NCBI GenBank assembly: GCA_951406725.2
Contig: OX597824.1
Coordinates: 93,620,001 to 93,684,000, forward strand
DNA from: Octopus vulgaris
Lineage: Eukaryota
DNA length: 64,000 nt
Direction: 5' to 3'
Position numbers and translations under genes: made by a program. Positions 1-12,267 of this stretch are shown piece after piece. Every line of letters starts with the position of its first letter. Within the stretch, counting starts at the first letter, position 1. The notes beneath the pieces are model-generated. The model was not told the DNA's origin. It was given only the letters and a program-made list of their open reading frames with translations, and ran no database searches.

Positions 1-351
1 ATTTTATAAAACAACAATGTCAAACAAAATGAAATTTAATGAAACTTCAAACGAAGTCAAACTAAATGAAAATAATATTTGGTTTTGTTTGATAGAATTT
101 TAATAAAAAATGGAAAATAACTGACTCGCGCTCTCGTACATATAAGGCATATATATATATACATATGGTGAAAAGAAAATGTCATGATAGTACACATATA
201 TATACGTACATACATATACATACCTACATATATATATGCATACATATATATATATATAAATGTATGTATGTACACATATGTGTATACCTATATGAGAGAG
301 ATATTTATAGATAGATAGATACATGCATGCGTACATGCAGACATCATTACA

Positions 352-410
<59 letters not shown>

Positions 411-423
411 GTGTATATATATG

Positions 424-483
<60 letters not shown>

Positions 484-1060
484 GTATGTATATATATATA
501 TATATATATATGTTGTACGTATATGTATTTAATTGTACGCATTACTTGCGCGCGAGCGCTGTGTGTTAAATAATATTATTTTAATATTATACTGTGATAG
601 AATGCTCTATTTTGATGTAATACTGCCTAATATAAATTCTGATTATTTTACTCTTTTTTGAATACTTTTTTTTTTGTTGTGTGAGAGAAAATTAATAGTG
701 TAAGATATGTTCTGTATTGTATATTCGAATATTCGATTTAATTGATCCCCAAAAATTGGTGCACCTTTAATTTATTCATTGGAATCAAGAATGAGCCATG
801 GAACCGGTTCAAATGTAAGATATACGAAATGTGAACGTAACGGCATGCGATGTGTACTCTTAAATCTTCGTTTTCTTTTATTTGCACACGGCAGTGATTT
901 GTCGGGTGGATTGGCGATTGGAGGAGCGAAAGAGGATGAGGCTGCCTCAAGTATGATACCTGGGTGTTAGCTCGGCGACAACAAGCGCTTAAGTTTTCAA
1001 GAACTTTTCGAACGATTCTTGCTGCATAAAGAATGGTTTATTTATTAATTATTTTGTGTC

Positions 1061-1444
1061 TGTGGGGGCGCATGGCCCAGTGGTTAGGGCAGCGGACTCG
1101 CGGTCGTAGGATCGCGGTTTCGATTCCCAGACTGGGCGTTGTGAGTGTTTGTTGAGCGAAAACACCTAAAGCTCCACGAGGCTCTGGCAGGGGATGGTGG
1201 TGACCCCTGCTGTACTCTTTCACCACAACTTTCTCTCACTCTTACTTCCTGTTTCTGTTGTACCTGTATTTCAAAGGGACGGCCTTGTCACTCTCTGTGT
1301 CACGCTGAATATCCCCGAGAACTACGTTAAGGGTACACGTGTCTGTTGAGTGCTCAGCCACTTACACGTTAATTTCGCGAGCAGGCTGTTCCGTTGATTC
1401 GGATCAACCGGAACCCTCGTCGTCGAAACCGACGGAGTGCTTCC
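1061..1444 (+). mobile_element. Full-length tRNA-derived SINE, family A (~385 bp)
   Basis: A-box-like TGGCCCAGTGG and B-box-like GGTTTCGATTCC in the head. Near-identical to the reverse complement of 5755-6141. Flanked by ATTTTGTGT at 1051-1059 and 1445-1453 (probable TSD). Confidence 0.9.
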
Positions 1445-1609
1445 ATTTTGTGTGTTTGTGTGTGTGTCTTGTAGGACGACGATGTGAACAGCAGTTTCAA
1501 TATCCATCAGCGTCAAACTCTTAGTCATAAATTGGTTGTTGTGCCAAGTGCACGAACAACCGCCGTCTTCAACAATCTCTTTATCTCTCTGGCATCATCG
1601 TGATTACTG

Positions 1610-1752
1610 CGCCAGGTAAAATGCTAAGTGGCAACTCTCTTCCGCCTTTACATTCTGAACTGAAATGTCGATGAGGTCGACTCTGCCGTTCGTCATTTTG
1701 AATTCGAGGAAACAAGTATCGTTTAATTACTGGAGTCAATGTATCGACTAAA
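1610..1752 (+). mobile_element. Diverged fragment of SINE family C (Meta-domain-like)
   Basis: Degenerate match to the GAGGTCGACTTTGCC...CTGGGGTCGATGTAATCGACT body seen at 9383-9606. Confidence 0.55.
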
Positions 1753-1756
1753 CACA

Positions 1757-1940
<184 letters not shown>

Positions 1941-2129
1941 CATTATTAATATTGCTGTTGTTGTTGTTCTTGTTCTTGTCATTTATCTTCTCAGAACTCT
2001 CTATTTCACTGTTGCGGTTAATTCTGCAGGAGAGGACATCAACCTGCATTCAAGTGCTCACAGAATCTTTGCACGATACTTAACATCCAAATATCAATCT
2101 CATCACCATTATTATTATTATCATTATTA

Positions 2130-2178
<49 letters not shown>

Positions 2179-2573
2179 TTTTTTTTTTCTTCTTTCAAAT
2201 TTGCTTCCATTTCTTGCCGAGTGTCTTCCCGACTCCTAGGGCAAAGAAACTCATAGTATACATTGGTAGGCCATTAAACCAAACTCAATAGTTCGTTTAT
2301 TTTTTTTTTTTTTAAGTTAAATTTAAATACATGAGCAGCAACAGTTCTCACATCGACAATGCTCTTCTCAATACGTGTGATGTACCAGTTAAGACAATTT
2401 TTTGCACTTCTTTCAGGGATGGTAAGCCAGGGATCATTCTCATATAATTTTCGGTTCCCTTCTTGATCATTCCTAGTGCTCCTACGATCACTGGTATTGT
2501 AACCGCCTTGAGATGCCACATTTTCTCAATTTCAATGAGTAGGTCTTTATATTTTCTGAGCTTGTCAAACTTT
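2179..2573 (-). mobile_element. 5'-truncated R4/Dong-like non-LTR retrotransposon (C-terminus of restriction-like endonuclease region, 3'UTR, A-tail)
   Basis: Minus strand reads KFDKLRKYKDLLIEIEKMWHLKAVTIPVIVGALGMIKKGTENYMRMIPGLPSLKEVQKIVLTGTSHVLRRALSM* (stop 2348-2350), matching the KY.DL..E...W...P..GALG...QK..L.GT...LR pattern of R4-clade elements. A-rich tail at 2179-2188. (ATT)n on both flanks. Confidence 0.85.
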
Positions 2574-2590
2574 TATTATTATTATTATTA

Positions 2591-2642
<52 letters not shown>

Positions 2643-2754
2643 CTTTATTATTATTTTGAAAGGATTGACGTAACTCTTCGCGTAATTTCTGCAGTGTATA
2701 CCATCAAAATGACACAAGCATACAAATGTACGAAACCTCGTACAGTCGTCATGA

Positions 2755-2935
2755 ACAACATGTTTAGCGACATTTCGTCCGTCCTTACATTCTGAGTTCC
2801 AATTCCGCCGAAGTTGACTTTGCCATTCATAATTTCAGGGCCAACAAAATAAGTACCAGTTGTGCGCTAGGGTCGATGTAATCGATTTAACTCCCCTCAC
2901 CTAAAATTGCAAGCCTTGTGTTAAAATCTGAAACT
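2755..2935 (+). mobile_element. SINE family C fragment
   Basis: TTCTGAGTTCCAATTCCGCCGAAGTTGACTTTGCC...AAGTACCAGTT...GGGTCGATGTAATCGA. Confidence 0.75.
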
Positions 2936-3151
2936 AAGAACCGAGAAACTAAACCCTAAAACACAACACAAATTGATGCAGTCCTCCATAAACAAGAATA
3001 ATCTATAGATCCCCTCAATACTCACGGGAATAAGAACGTCTTACCTTCATGTATCTCAGAAACATGGAGGCGCACCAGTTCGTGTAGTAAAAATTATCAC
3101 AAAATTGTCGAAGAAACATAATATTATTGCTATTTCTCTTAATAACATTTA

Positions 3152-4456
3152 CGCTGTTTAGCTTCCGTTTAGTCATTCTACATAACGTATATCTTACCTC
3201 CCTACGTACCTCTAACTACACATAGTGTACAGCGTTGTCATACACTAAATCGTACACTGTTCTTTAATACAACTGACATTGTTTAACTGCGGTTTAGTCA
3301 TTCTATTTAGCGTATATCTTACCTCCCTACATATCTCTAACTACATATAATGTACGGCGTTGTAATTCACTAAGTTGTACTCTGTTCTTTAATACAACTC
3401 ACGTTGTTTAGCTGCTGTTTAGTCATTCTACTTGCCTTATATCTTACCTCCCTACATATCTCTAACCACATACAGTGTACAGCGTTGTCATATACTACAC
3501 TACTCTGTTCTTTAATACAACTGTCGTTGTTAAGCTGTTGTTTGGTAATTCTACTTGGCTTATGTTAGTTAGTTAGTTAGTTAATTTTTTGGCTCAAAAG
3601 CAAAAAGCAAGGCCATGTATGGGGACACGGAGTTAAGTACAGGGTGGTGTTCATGTAAAGAGTTCAGGCCACTTGAGGTCAAGGGAGACTTTGAACAAAG
3701 CGGTCGTCGGCATCTTCACCATCTCGTCTGGCAGCTTGTTCCACGGATCCGCAACCCGGACGGAGAAAGCTCCTCTCCTTCGATTGAGATGAAATCGTCG
3801 CATGTAGAGCTTTTCAGAATGACCCCGCAGCCGACGCTCTGGAGCAGGAGTGAAGAACAGCTCTTTCGAGAGGTTACACTTATGTCTTACCTCCCTACAT
3901 ATCTCTAACTACATATCGTGTACGGCGTTGTCATACACTAAATCATACTCTGTTCTTTAATACAACTGGCGTTGTTTAGCTGCTGTCAAGCTATTCTACT
4001 TCGCTTAATATTACCTCCCCACATATCTCTAACTACAGATATTGCAAGGCGTTGTCATATACTACGCTGTACTCTGTTCTTTAATACAACTGACGTTGTT
4101 TAGCTGCCGTTTAGTCATTCTAATTCGCTTAATATTACCTCCCTACATATCTCTAACCACATATAGTGCAAGGCGTTGTCATATACTACGCTGTACTCTG
4201 TTCTTTAATACAACTGACGTTGTTTGGCTGCCGTTTAGTCATTCTACTAGGCTTATATGTTACCTCCCTACATATCTCTAACTACAAATAATGTACGGCG
4301 TCGTAATTCACTAAGTTGTACTCTGTTCTTTAATACAACTGGCGTTGTTTAGCTGCTGTCTAGTCATTCTAATTCGCTTAATATTACCTCCCCACATATC
4401 TCTAACTACAGACATTGCACGGTCGTTGTCATATACTACATCGTACTCTGTTCTTT
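3152..4456. repeat. Minisatellite, ~124-bp unit, ~8 copies, fourth copy interrupted by a LINE fragment
   Basis: Recurring GTTTAGCTGC..TTTAGTCATTCTA..TTACCTCCCTACATATCTCTAACTAC..CGTTGTCATA..TACTCTGTTCTTTAATACAACTG, with units starting near 3155, 3280, 3405, 3527, 3972, 4096, 4220 and 4345. Confidence 0.92.
3566..3878 (-). mobile_element. 5'-truncated CR1-like LINE 3' end with (TAAC)n tail
   Basis: Minus strand reads CNLSKELFFTPAPERRLRGHSEKLYMRRFHLNRRRGAFSVRVADPWNKLPDEMVKMPTTALFKVSLDLKWPELFT* (stop 3651-3653), the RGH..KL...FS.RV...WN.LP...FK..LD C-terminal CR1 signature. CTTATGT is duplicated at 3559-3565 and 3879-3885. Confidence 0.9.
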
Positions 4457-4848
4457 ACTACACAAATTATTATATCTTTCCTGTTCTTGTCTCTTGTTGT
4501 TCCCGTCGTCGTCGTCGTTGCCGCCATTTTAAAAATAACATTATTTTGATTTAGTAATCATATATGAAACGACTTGAAAAGAAGTCTTCTTGCTGTTTGT
4601 TTTTGCGTTTGTTTTTTCCGTTTCTTAAATTAGCAAAAACCTGCATAATGAACATAATAATTACCTTACAAAGAAAACATTACGACGACGACAACAACGA
4701 GAACAAAAACAACAACAACGACAACGACAACGACAGCAAAGATGAAAGCAATGAAGTCGTAAGATGGCTATGATGAAGCCGATGGGGAGGCAAAAGAGGA
4801 GATTGAAATGGAGGGCGAGGGGGTGTTTTATACTAATATTTACAAACA

Positions 4849-4849
4849 A

Positions 4850-4899
<50 letters not shown>

Positions 4900-4975
4900 T
4901 AATAAGGATAATAATAATGATAACAATAATAAGGATAATAATAATAACAATAATAAGGATAATAATAATGATAAC

Positions 4976-5036
<61 letters not shown>

Positions 5037-5054
5037 TTGATAATAATAATAATA

Positions 5055-5132
<78 letters not shown>
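4849..5132. repeat. (AAT)n microsatellite with a short higher-order variant block
   Basis: Directly visible; AACAATAATAAGGATAATAATAAT recurs at ~4895-4980. Confidence 0.95.
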
Positions 5133-5754
5133 AGTAAATCCGCATCGAAGCAATATTTAAGAATTGGCTATGATACATATGATCGCGGTATTAGATTTAA
5201 AAACATAAAACACGCATACATCCACACACACACGAACAAACACAAACACACACAAATACACACAGACACAGAGGCACACGCGCACATATACACATACACA
5301 CAGACACACATACACGAACGCTCGCATACACACACACAATCACAAACACACAGACGCACGCACAGACACACAAACACAAACACACATGCACATACAGAGA
5401 GACACACATGCAAACACACACACAAACACACGTGCACATACACACAGACGCACACGTAAACACATACACACAAACACACGCACACACATGCAGAGAAGGT
5501 CACACAGAGACATATATGTATGCACGTACGCATTTCAATGTTTTAATCGTCGGAAAGTTACAAAAGTGAACCAAGGGCCCCGGGGCCAAGTACATGGCTT
5601 CCCACGTTGCAATTATCAAATTGACAGATTCCTGATTAAATAAAAAAATATATATACCTGTATCGAAAATCTATACCTTCTCCTCTTCTCAACAAACCCG
5701 TATGTCTGCCTGTGTATACGCATATTCTTAGCGTGTGTGAATGTGTCAATATAT

Positions 5755-6141
5755 GGATGGAAGCACTCCGTCGGTTATGACGATGAGGGTTCCGGTTGAT
5801 CCGAATCAACGGAACAGCCTGCTTGTGAAATTAACGTGTAAGTGGCTGAGCACTCCACAGACACGTGTACCCTTAACGTAGTTCTCGGGGATATTCAGCG
5901 TGACACAGTGAGTGACAAGGCCGGCCCTTTGAAATACAGGTACAACAGAAACAGGAAGTAAGAGTCAGAGAAAGTTGTGGTGAAAGAGTACAGCAGGGAT
6001 CAACGCCATCCCTGCCGGAGCCTCATGGAGCTTTAGGTGTTTCCGCTCAATAAACACTCTCAACGCCCGGTCTGGGAATCGAAACCGCGATCCTACGACC
6101 GCGAGTCCGCTGCCCTAACCACTGGGCCATTGCGCCTCCAC
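5755..6141 (-). mobile_element. Full-length tRNA-derived SINE, family A
   Basis: Reverse complement of 1061-1444. 12-bp TSD GTGTCAATATAT at 5743-5754 and 6142-6153. Confidence 0.92.
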
Positions 6142-6145
6142 GTGT

Positions 6146-6192
<47 letters not shown>

Positions 6193-6219
6193 GTGTGTGT
6201 GTGTGTGTGTGTGTGTAGT

Positions 6220-6372
6220 TGGTGTGTGGTATGAAGCTTGCTTCCCAACCACGTGGTTCCGGGTTCAGTCCCACTGCGTGGCACCTTGGGCAAGTGTCTT
6301 CTACCATAACCTCAGACCGACCAAAGCCTTGGGAGTGGATTCAGTAGACTGAAACTAAAAGGAACCCATCAG
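6220..6372 (+). mobile_element. 5' part of tRNA-derived SINE family B (CORE-like)
   Basis: GGTTCCGGGTTCAGTCCCACTGCGTGGCACCTTGGGCAAGTGTCTTC; the CCTTGGGCAAGT segment resembles the CORE-SINE domain. Confidence 0.8.
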
Positions 6373-6381
6373 ATATATATA

Positions 6382-6624
6382 TATATGACATACATATAAA
6401 TGGAATGACCACTAGGTAGACTCCTAATATGCTAAAAGTAGACCCCATATGGTCTGACCACTAAGGAAAATTGTTCTCAAGAAAACTCGGCAAACACCAG
6501 AACGTAAAGCATTTGCCGTATTTTCTTGGGAACAATTTTCCTTAGTGGTCAGACCATATGGGGTCTACATTTAGCATATTAGGAGTCCACCTCGTGGCCA
6601 TTCCTCTTATATGTATGTTATATA
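6382..6624. mobile_element. Fold-back (palindromic) element: ~113-bp inverted arms, 17-nt loop
   Basis: 6382-6494 is nearly the reverse complement of 6512-6624 (e.g. GACCCCATATGGTCTGACCACTAAGGAAAATTGTTC / GAACAATTTTCCTTAGTGGTCAGACCATATGGGGTC). Lies in a TA context. Confidence 0.8.
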
Positions 6625-6718
6625 ATATCCTGAAACTTCAGATTCTTTTAAATATGCTAGGACAATCGTTTAAATTGATATTAATCTAATTTATTATTAA
6701 TTTTTTACCCTTATTTAA

Positions 6719-6783
<65 letters not shown>

Positions 6784-6786
6784 TTA

Positions 6787-6862
6787 TGTCACGCTGAATC
6801 TCCCCAAGAACTATGTTAAGGGTATGCGTATCTGTGGAGTGCTCAGCCACTTTCACGTTAAT
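6787..6862 (+). mobile_element. Internal fragment of SINE family A
   Basis: TGTCACGCTGAATCTCCCCAAGAACTATGTTAAGGGTA...GTGCTCAGCCACTT matches 1298-1372. Confidence 0.8.
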
Positions 6863-7004
6863 ATGACAGCGAGCTGGTAGAATCGTAGCGTGGTTGACGA
6901 TATAATGATTTTCAACATTATAAATGATGTCTGTTTTATAAATGTGACGGTCAGGTAAACAATATAACAAAAAACAATATGTAAAACAGAAAGCTATACA
7001 AAGA

Positions 7005-7277
<273 letters not shown>

Positions 7278-7763
7278 GGAGGGAGTCAGGGAGAAGGTAT
7301 AGAGGAAAACTGTTAGAGAAGCAGACCGAGAGACAGGGAGACAGAGTGAAGGAGTGGAAAAAGATAGACAGAATGAGAGGAGAGAGAGAGAGAGAGAGGG
7401 GGAGAAAGAGAGAGAGAGGGGGGAGCGAGAAAGTGAGAGAGAGATAGAGATAGAGAGAGAGAGAGAAAGCAAGAGACGTAGACAGTTCAAATATCAAAAA
7501 TACATTTAATGTATTTAAAACAGGAATAAGAAAAATGGAAGACGCAGAGAAGGAAAGTTTTAGACGAAATTTTGCGTGGGAAAAAAATGCTAAATCTATT
7601 CCATCATTATCCGTTCTTTTATTTGTTTCGTTTGATGTTTTCGCATTATCGTTGTTGTTATTCTTGTTCTTGTCTTTCTTCTTCCTGCTGTTACTACTGC
7701 CACTACTGTTGTTCATCGTGGTCTTTGTTTTGTTTTTTTCTGCAATTATATCTCTTCTTCTCA

Positions 7764-8115
7764 TTCTTCTTCTTCTTCTTCTTCTTCTTCTTCTTCTTCT
7801 TCTTCTTCTTCTTCTTCTTCTTCTTCTTCTTCTTCTTTAACTTCTTCTCCATCTTCTCCTTCATCTTCTTCTTCCACTTCTTCTAATTCTAATTCTTCTT
7901 CTTTTTGTTCTCCTTCTTCTTCTTCTTCAACTTCTTCTCCATCTTCTTCTTCCACTTCTTCTTCCACTTCTTCTAATTCTAATTCTTCTTCTTTTTCTTC
8001 TCCTTCTTCTTCTTCTTCAACTTCTTCTTCATCTTCTTCTTCATCTTCTTCTTCCACTTCTTCTTCTAATTCTAATTCTTCTTCTTTTTCTTCTCCTTCT
8101 TCTTCTTCTTCTACT
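7764..8115. repeat. (CTT)n tract followed by a 90-bp CTT-derived higher-order repeat x3
   Basis: Units 7841-7930, 7931-8020 and 8021-~8113 share the TCTAATTCTAATTC landmark. Confidence 0.88.
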
Positions 8116-8267
8116 TCTTATTCTTATTCTTCTTTCAAAATTATTTGGTTAACGTTTGCTTCTTTATTTTCTAATGCCTCCATGTTTTAATTTTCTGTCA
8201 AGTCTCTAACGCAATACGATAAATCAAACAGAACTACACATAATATACATACATACATATGTATATG

Positions 8268-8385
<118 letters not shown>

Positions 8386-8659
8386 TATATATATGCATGA
8401 AAAATGGCGTATTAGTCTAAATAAAATTAATACAATGCAATATCAAATAAATTGTGATATAGATGGATATCTAGAAAAATAATGTTGATTTTTTTCCCTT
8501 TCTCAATATCCTGGACATTCTCGGAGGTTTTATTGTTCTCAATAATATGGGACAATATTAAATATGGAAGGATGTGCGGCGCAATTTGTGAAAACTATCA
8601 TTCAAAATTCCTTTCGTTTATCGGTATATTGGTTGCAAATTTTGTCAAAGGACTATAAT

Positions 8660-8846
8660 GTTAGGGGGAAAAGAATACTCGATCGCATTGACGCCAATGA
8701 TCAACTAGTACTTATTTTACCGACCCTGAAAGGAATGAAAGGTGAAGTCGACCTCGGCAGAATTAGAACTCATAACGAAAAAACGGACGAAGTGCCGTTA
8801 AGCGTTTTGCCGACTGCAGTAACTAATATTCCGACTCACCGCCTTA
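8660..8846 (-). mobile_element. Diverged SINE family C copy
   Basis: CCCTGAAAGGAATGAAAGGTGAAGTCGACCTCGGCAGAATTAGAACTC is the reverse complement of the family C body. Confidence 0.7.
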
Positions 8847-9382
8847 AACAAATTCTGCATGATATTTTTATATGCTAAGGCCTTCATGATTCGAGACACC
8901 ATGTTTTAGACGATGTCGAACACATAGAAAACGTGTAGGATATTCTTCACTAGTTCTATGCCTTGTTCTGTTGTGAAAATGCTGTAACCACCTATATTGT
9001 ATTATGCAATGATCTTACAATTCCAAGCAATGCCTTATGGTTTCGCTATTTGATTTGTCAACATATGGTTCTGGTTTTCATCCCAGTCTATGGTACTTAA
9101 CGCAACTGTATTCTTTGAGGCCCACACTTCTAAGTGAAATTGATTAGATTGTATGAAAGACCCTCAGATAGACTTCATTTATTCATGTTCCATAGCTTTA
9201 GCCTTAAGTCTATCTTCCTATTTAGCTCTCAGTCTGGTCCTCGCTTTTGCATTCATTTGTTCAAAGTCCTACATGTGAGGAGAGTTCAACGTCTTTATAT
9301 ACAACTTTCCACTGAAGTAACCTAAGTGATGCGGCTTCTTCTTCTCATTCCTTCACCCGTCTCGGAGGCCATTAAAATATCA

Positions 9383-9606
9383 CCTGGCAGAAACGTTAGC
9401 ACGCCGGGCGAAATGCTTAGCGGTATTGTGAGTTCAAATTCATTGTGAGTTCAAATTCCGCTGAGGTCGACTTTGCCTTTCATCCTTTCGGGGTCGATAA
9501 ATTAAGTACCAGTTACGCACTGGGGTCTATGTAATCGACTTAATCCATTTGTCTGTCGTTGTTTGTTCCCTCTGTGTTTAGCCCCTTGTGGGTAATAAAG
9601 AAATAG
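9383..9606 (+). mobile_element. SINE family C (tRNA-like head, Meta-domain-like core, LINE-like tail)
   Basis: GAGTTCAAATTCCG B-box; CTTTCATCCTTTCGGGGTCGATAAATTAAGTACCAG resembles the MetaSINE conserved domain; tail ends AATAAAGAAATAG. 11-bp TSD TTAAAATATCA at 9372-9382 and 9607-9617. Small internal duplication of TTGTGAGTTCAAATTC. Confidence 0.88.
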
Positions 9607-10312
9607 TTAAAATATCATAAGTTCTGCAGCTCTTCCTTTAACTCTGTGACAAGCAGCAAATAATAAACATTCAATTTTGTGTGGCATCACTTCAAGTATA
9701 AGCCCTGAACCAATACTAATTATTCGACAGAAAAACTTTTCCTAAGTACTTCGCTTTATAATATGGTAACAATTTATGGTTCATACGAGTATATAAATTA
9801 TTGTTTGTTGACTACAGAGTGGCATTATGTATAATATCGCCTTTTCTGTACTGTGAATGCAACAATACGAAGCACTAATTACGCCTGCCGAGCCAAGATT
9901 AGCGTGCAAAACAAAAGATGAGATTCATGCAGTATTATATTATCTGTCCAATAAAAAAAAAGACCCTTTTTTCTTAAACTCTCTCTAGGAATAGAACGAT
10001 ACACAAAGGCAAGACTCGCTTATTCCTTCGTTCTGTACGTAAATGACAAATTAATCTTCTCCTGGGTGATACACTAATATATTCATCGTTGCCAGATCGA
10101 TAACAGAAGCAGCATTCAATTACTGCGGTCAAATATGTTGTCTGCACAACCACGACCAACGCCCCTCCATCACCCTGGCACCGTACAAATGGTGTAATTA
10201 TTTATTGAGTTTCTAACCAATTCTTCTTCGACTTGCAGTTCGACCGTTTTTTAAAATCTTCTTTCCAATCGACTTTCATTGATTGACATTTTTGTCGTTG
10301 TTGTTGTTGTTA

Positions 10313-10842
10313 TTCTTCTTCTTCTTCTCCTTTTTCTTCTTCGTCTGCGCCTTCATCTTCTCCTCTTCTCTTCCTCTTCTTCTTCTTCTCCTTCTTCTTC
10401 TCCTTCTTCTTCTTCTTCTTCTTCTTCTTCTTCTTCTTCTTCTTCGTCTGCGCCTTCTTCTTCTTCTCCTCTTCTTCTTCTTCTTTTCTTCCACTTCTTC
10501 TTCTTTCACTTCTTCTTTGTCTTCTTCTTCTTCGTTTTTGCCTTTTTCTTCGTTTTCTCCTTCTTCGTCTTCGCCTTCTTCTTCTTCTTTTTCTTTTTTC
10601 TTCTCCTTTTTCTTCTTCTTCTTCTCCTTCTTCTTGCTCTTCTTCTTCTTCTTCTTCTTCTTCGTTTACTCCTCCTTCTTCTTCGTCTCTCTTCTTCTTC
10701 TTCTTCTTCTTCTTCTTCGTTTACTCCTCCTTCTTCTTCGTCTCTCTTCTCCTTCTCCTTCTTCTTTTTTCTTCTACTTCTTCTTTTTCTTCTTCTTCCC
10801 CTCCTCCTCCTCCTCCTCCTCCTTCTTCTTCACCTTCTTTCT
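10313..10842. repeat. Degenerate (CTT)n/(CCT)n polypyrimidine tract
   Basis: Directly visible. Confidence 0.92.
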
Positions 10843-11828
10843 TGATCTTTTTATAATGTTCATGGCGGAGGTGTATTTCTTTACTTCTTACTTTTGTTAT
10901 TGTTGTCATGTCATTTCTTCGACTCCGTCTCCCGGTTATGAGTTACGAGTTCAATTTCGCGTTGCAGCCACGGAGGTGTATTCCTCCAATAACCCCATAA
11001 AACATCTCTTTAATAATATTTCCATCAACCGGCGTATTTTCCCGCTTACAAGTCGAAAACTAAAAACCAAAATTTACTGCCCAACATGGCAGGTCGTGTT
11101 ATACACGAACAATTTTGTGAAGGACCCAAAATTCCAGGGGGTAACACAACATAATTTGGGAAACAGTAACGATGTTTGTTTAAATAAGATAAGTCGTAAC
11201 ATAGTAGAAGTAATGTAAATTGTTTCTGGGAGAGTATATTATACAAAAATTAACATAATTGTAATGTGTCCCAATTACGCTGAGAGGATAATTTTGTTTA
11301 AATTATTTTTGATTTAGATTAAATTTTATGTTTTGATATTTATTTTTGAGTAAAAGCGTTGATAAAGTTTTTGATTGTAAAGTAATGGGTATAGAAATAT
11401 TTTTTTGTATTTACTGAAAAGGATGAAGATTGTATGGTTTAGTTTAAGCTACATGTTTACGATATATGTGCTCCGGATGATGCGATGGACAAACCGAAAC
11501 ACATGCATAGAATTAACATCCGTAGAAATTCAGCTAAATAACTGTGTTGACATTGAATTCCTTGAACATAATCGACTATTTCTTCTCTTCCGTTCGTTAT
11601 CTATAAAAGGAAGTGCCAAAGTGATTCTAAGATGAAATTGAATTAAATCCTTCTAAGGCCTCAGGGATAGGGAACAGTGACAAAGTGTCATCCAGTAGTT
11701 CCCAATCTATCTGGTAGATAACATATTTTCCGGAAGCCATTGTCTCTAAATCCTTGTCAGAATGTCAACCTGGCGTCATCTAACGACTATCCCTATGCAA
11801 ACTTGAATTTATACGTATGTGTGCGTGT

Positions 11829-12267
11829 GTATGTATGTATGTATGTATGTATGTATGTATGTATGTATGTATGTATGTATGCATGTGTGTGTGTTGTGTA
11901 TGTGTAGGAGTGTTGTGTGTGTATATGCGTGTGTGTACGATAGATAAATAGGTAGAGATAGACAGACAGACAGACAGATAGATAGATACATACATACATA
12001 CATACATACATACGTACGTACGTACATACATACATACATACATACATACGTACGTACGTACATACATACATACATACATACATACATACATACATACATA
12101 CATACATACATACATACATACATACATACATACACATACATACATACATACATACATACATACATACATACATACACGTACATACATACATACACACATA
12201 CATACATACATACATACATACATACATACATACATACATACATACATACATACATACATACATACAT
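11829..12267. repeat. (TATG)n and oppositely oriented (CATA)n tetranucleotide tracts
   Basis: Directly visible. Confidence 0.92.

Noticed and set aside
1064-1138. tRNA-like sequence (also 6065-6140 and the heads of families B and C)
   Set aside because: Each continues into a conserved SINE body, several with TSDs, and no convincing acceptor stem was seen. These are SINE heads, not tRNA genes.
3152-4456. Regularly spaced repeats that could suggest a CRISPR array
   Set aside because: The whole 124-bp unit is repeated with no unique spacers, there are no cas genes, and the context is eukaryotic.
7761-8057. Poly-glutamate ORF
   Set aside because: It is the reverse complement of the CTT-derived repeat, with no non-repetitive coding context.
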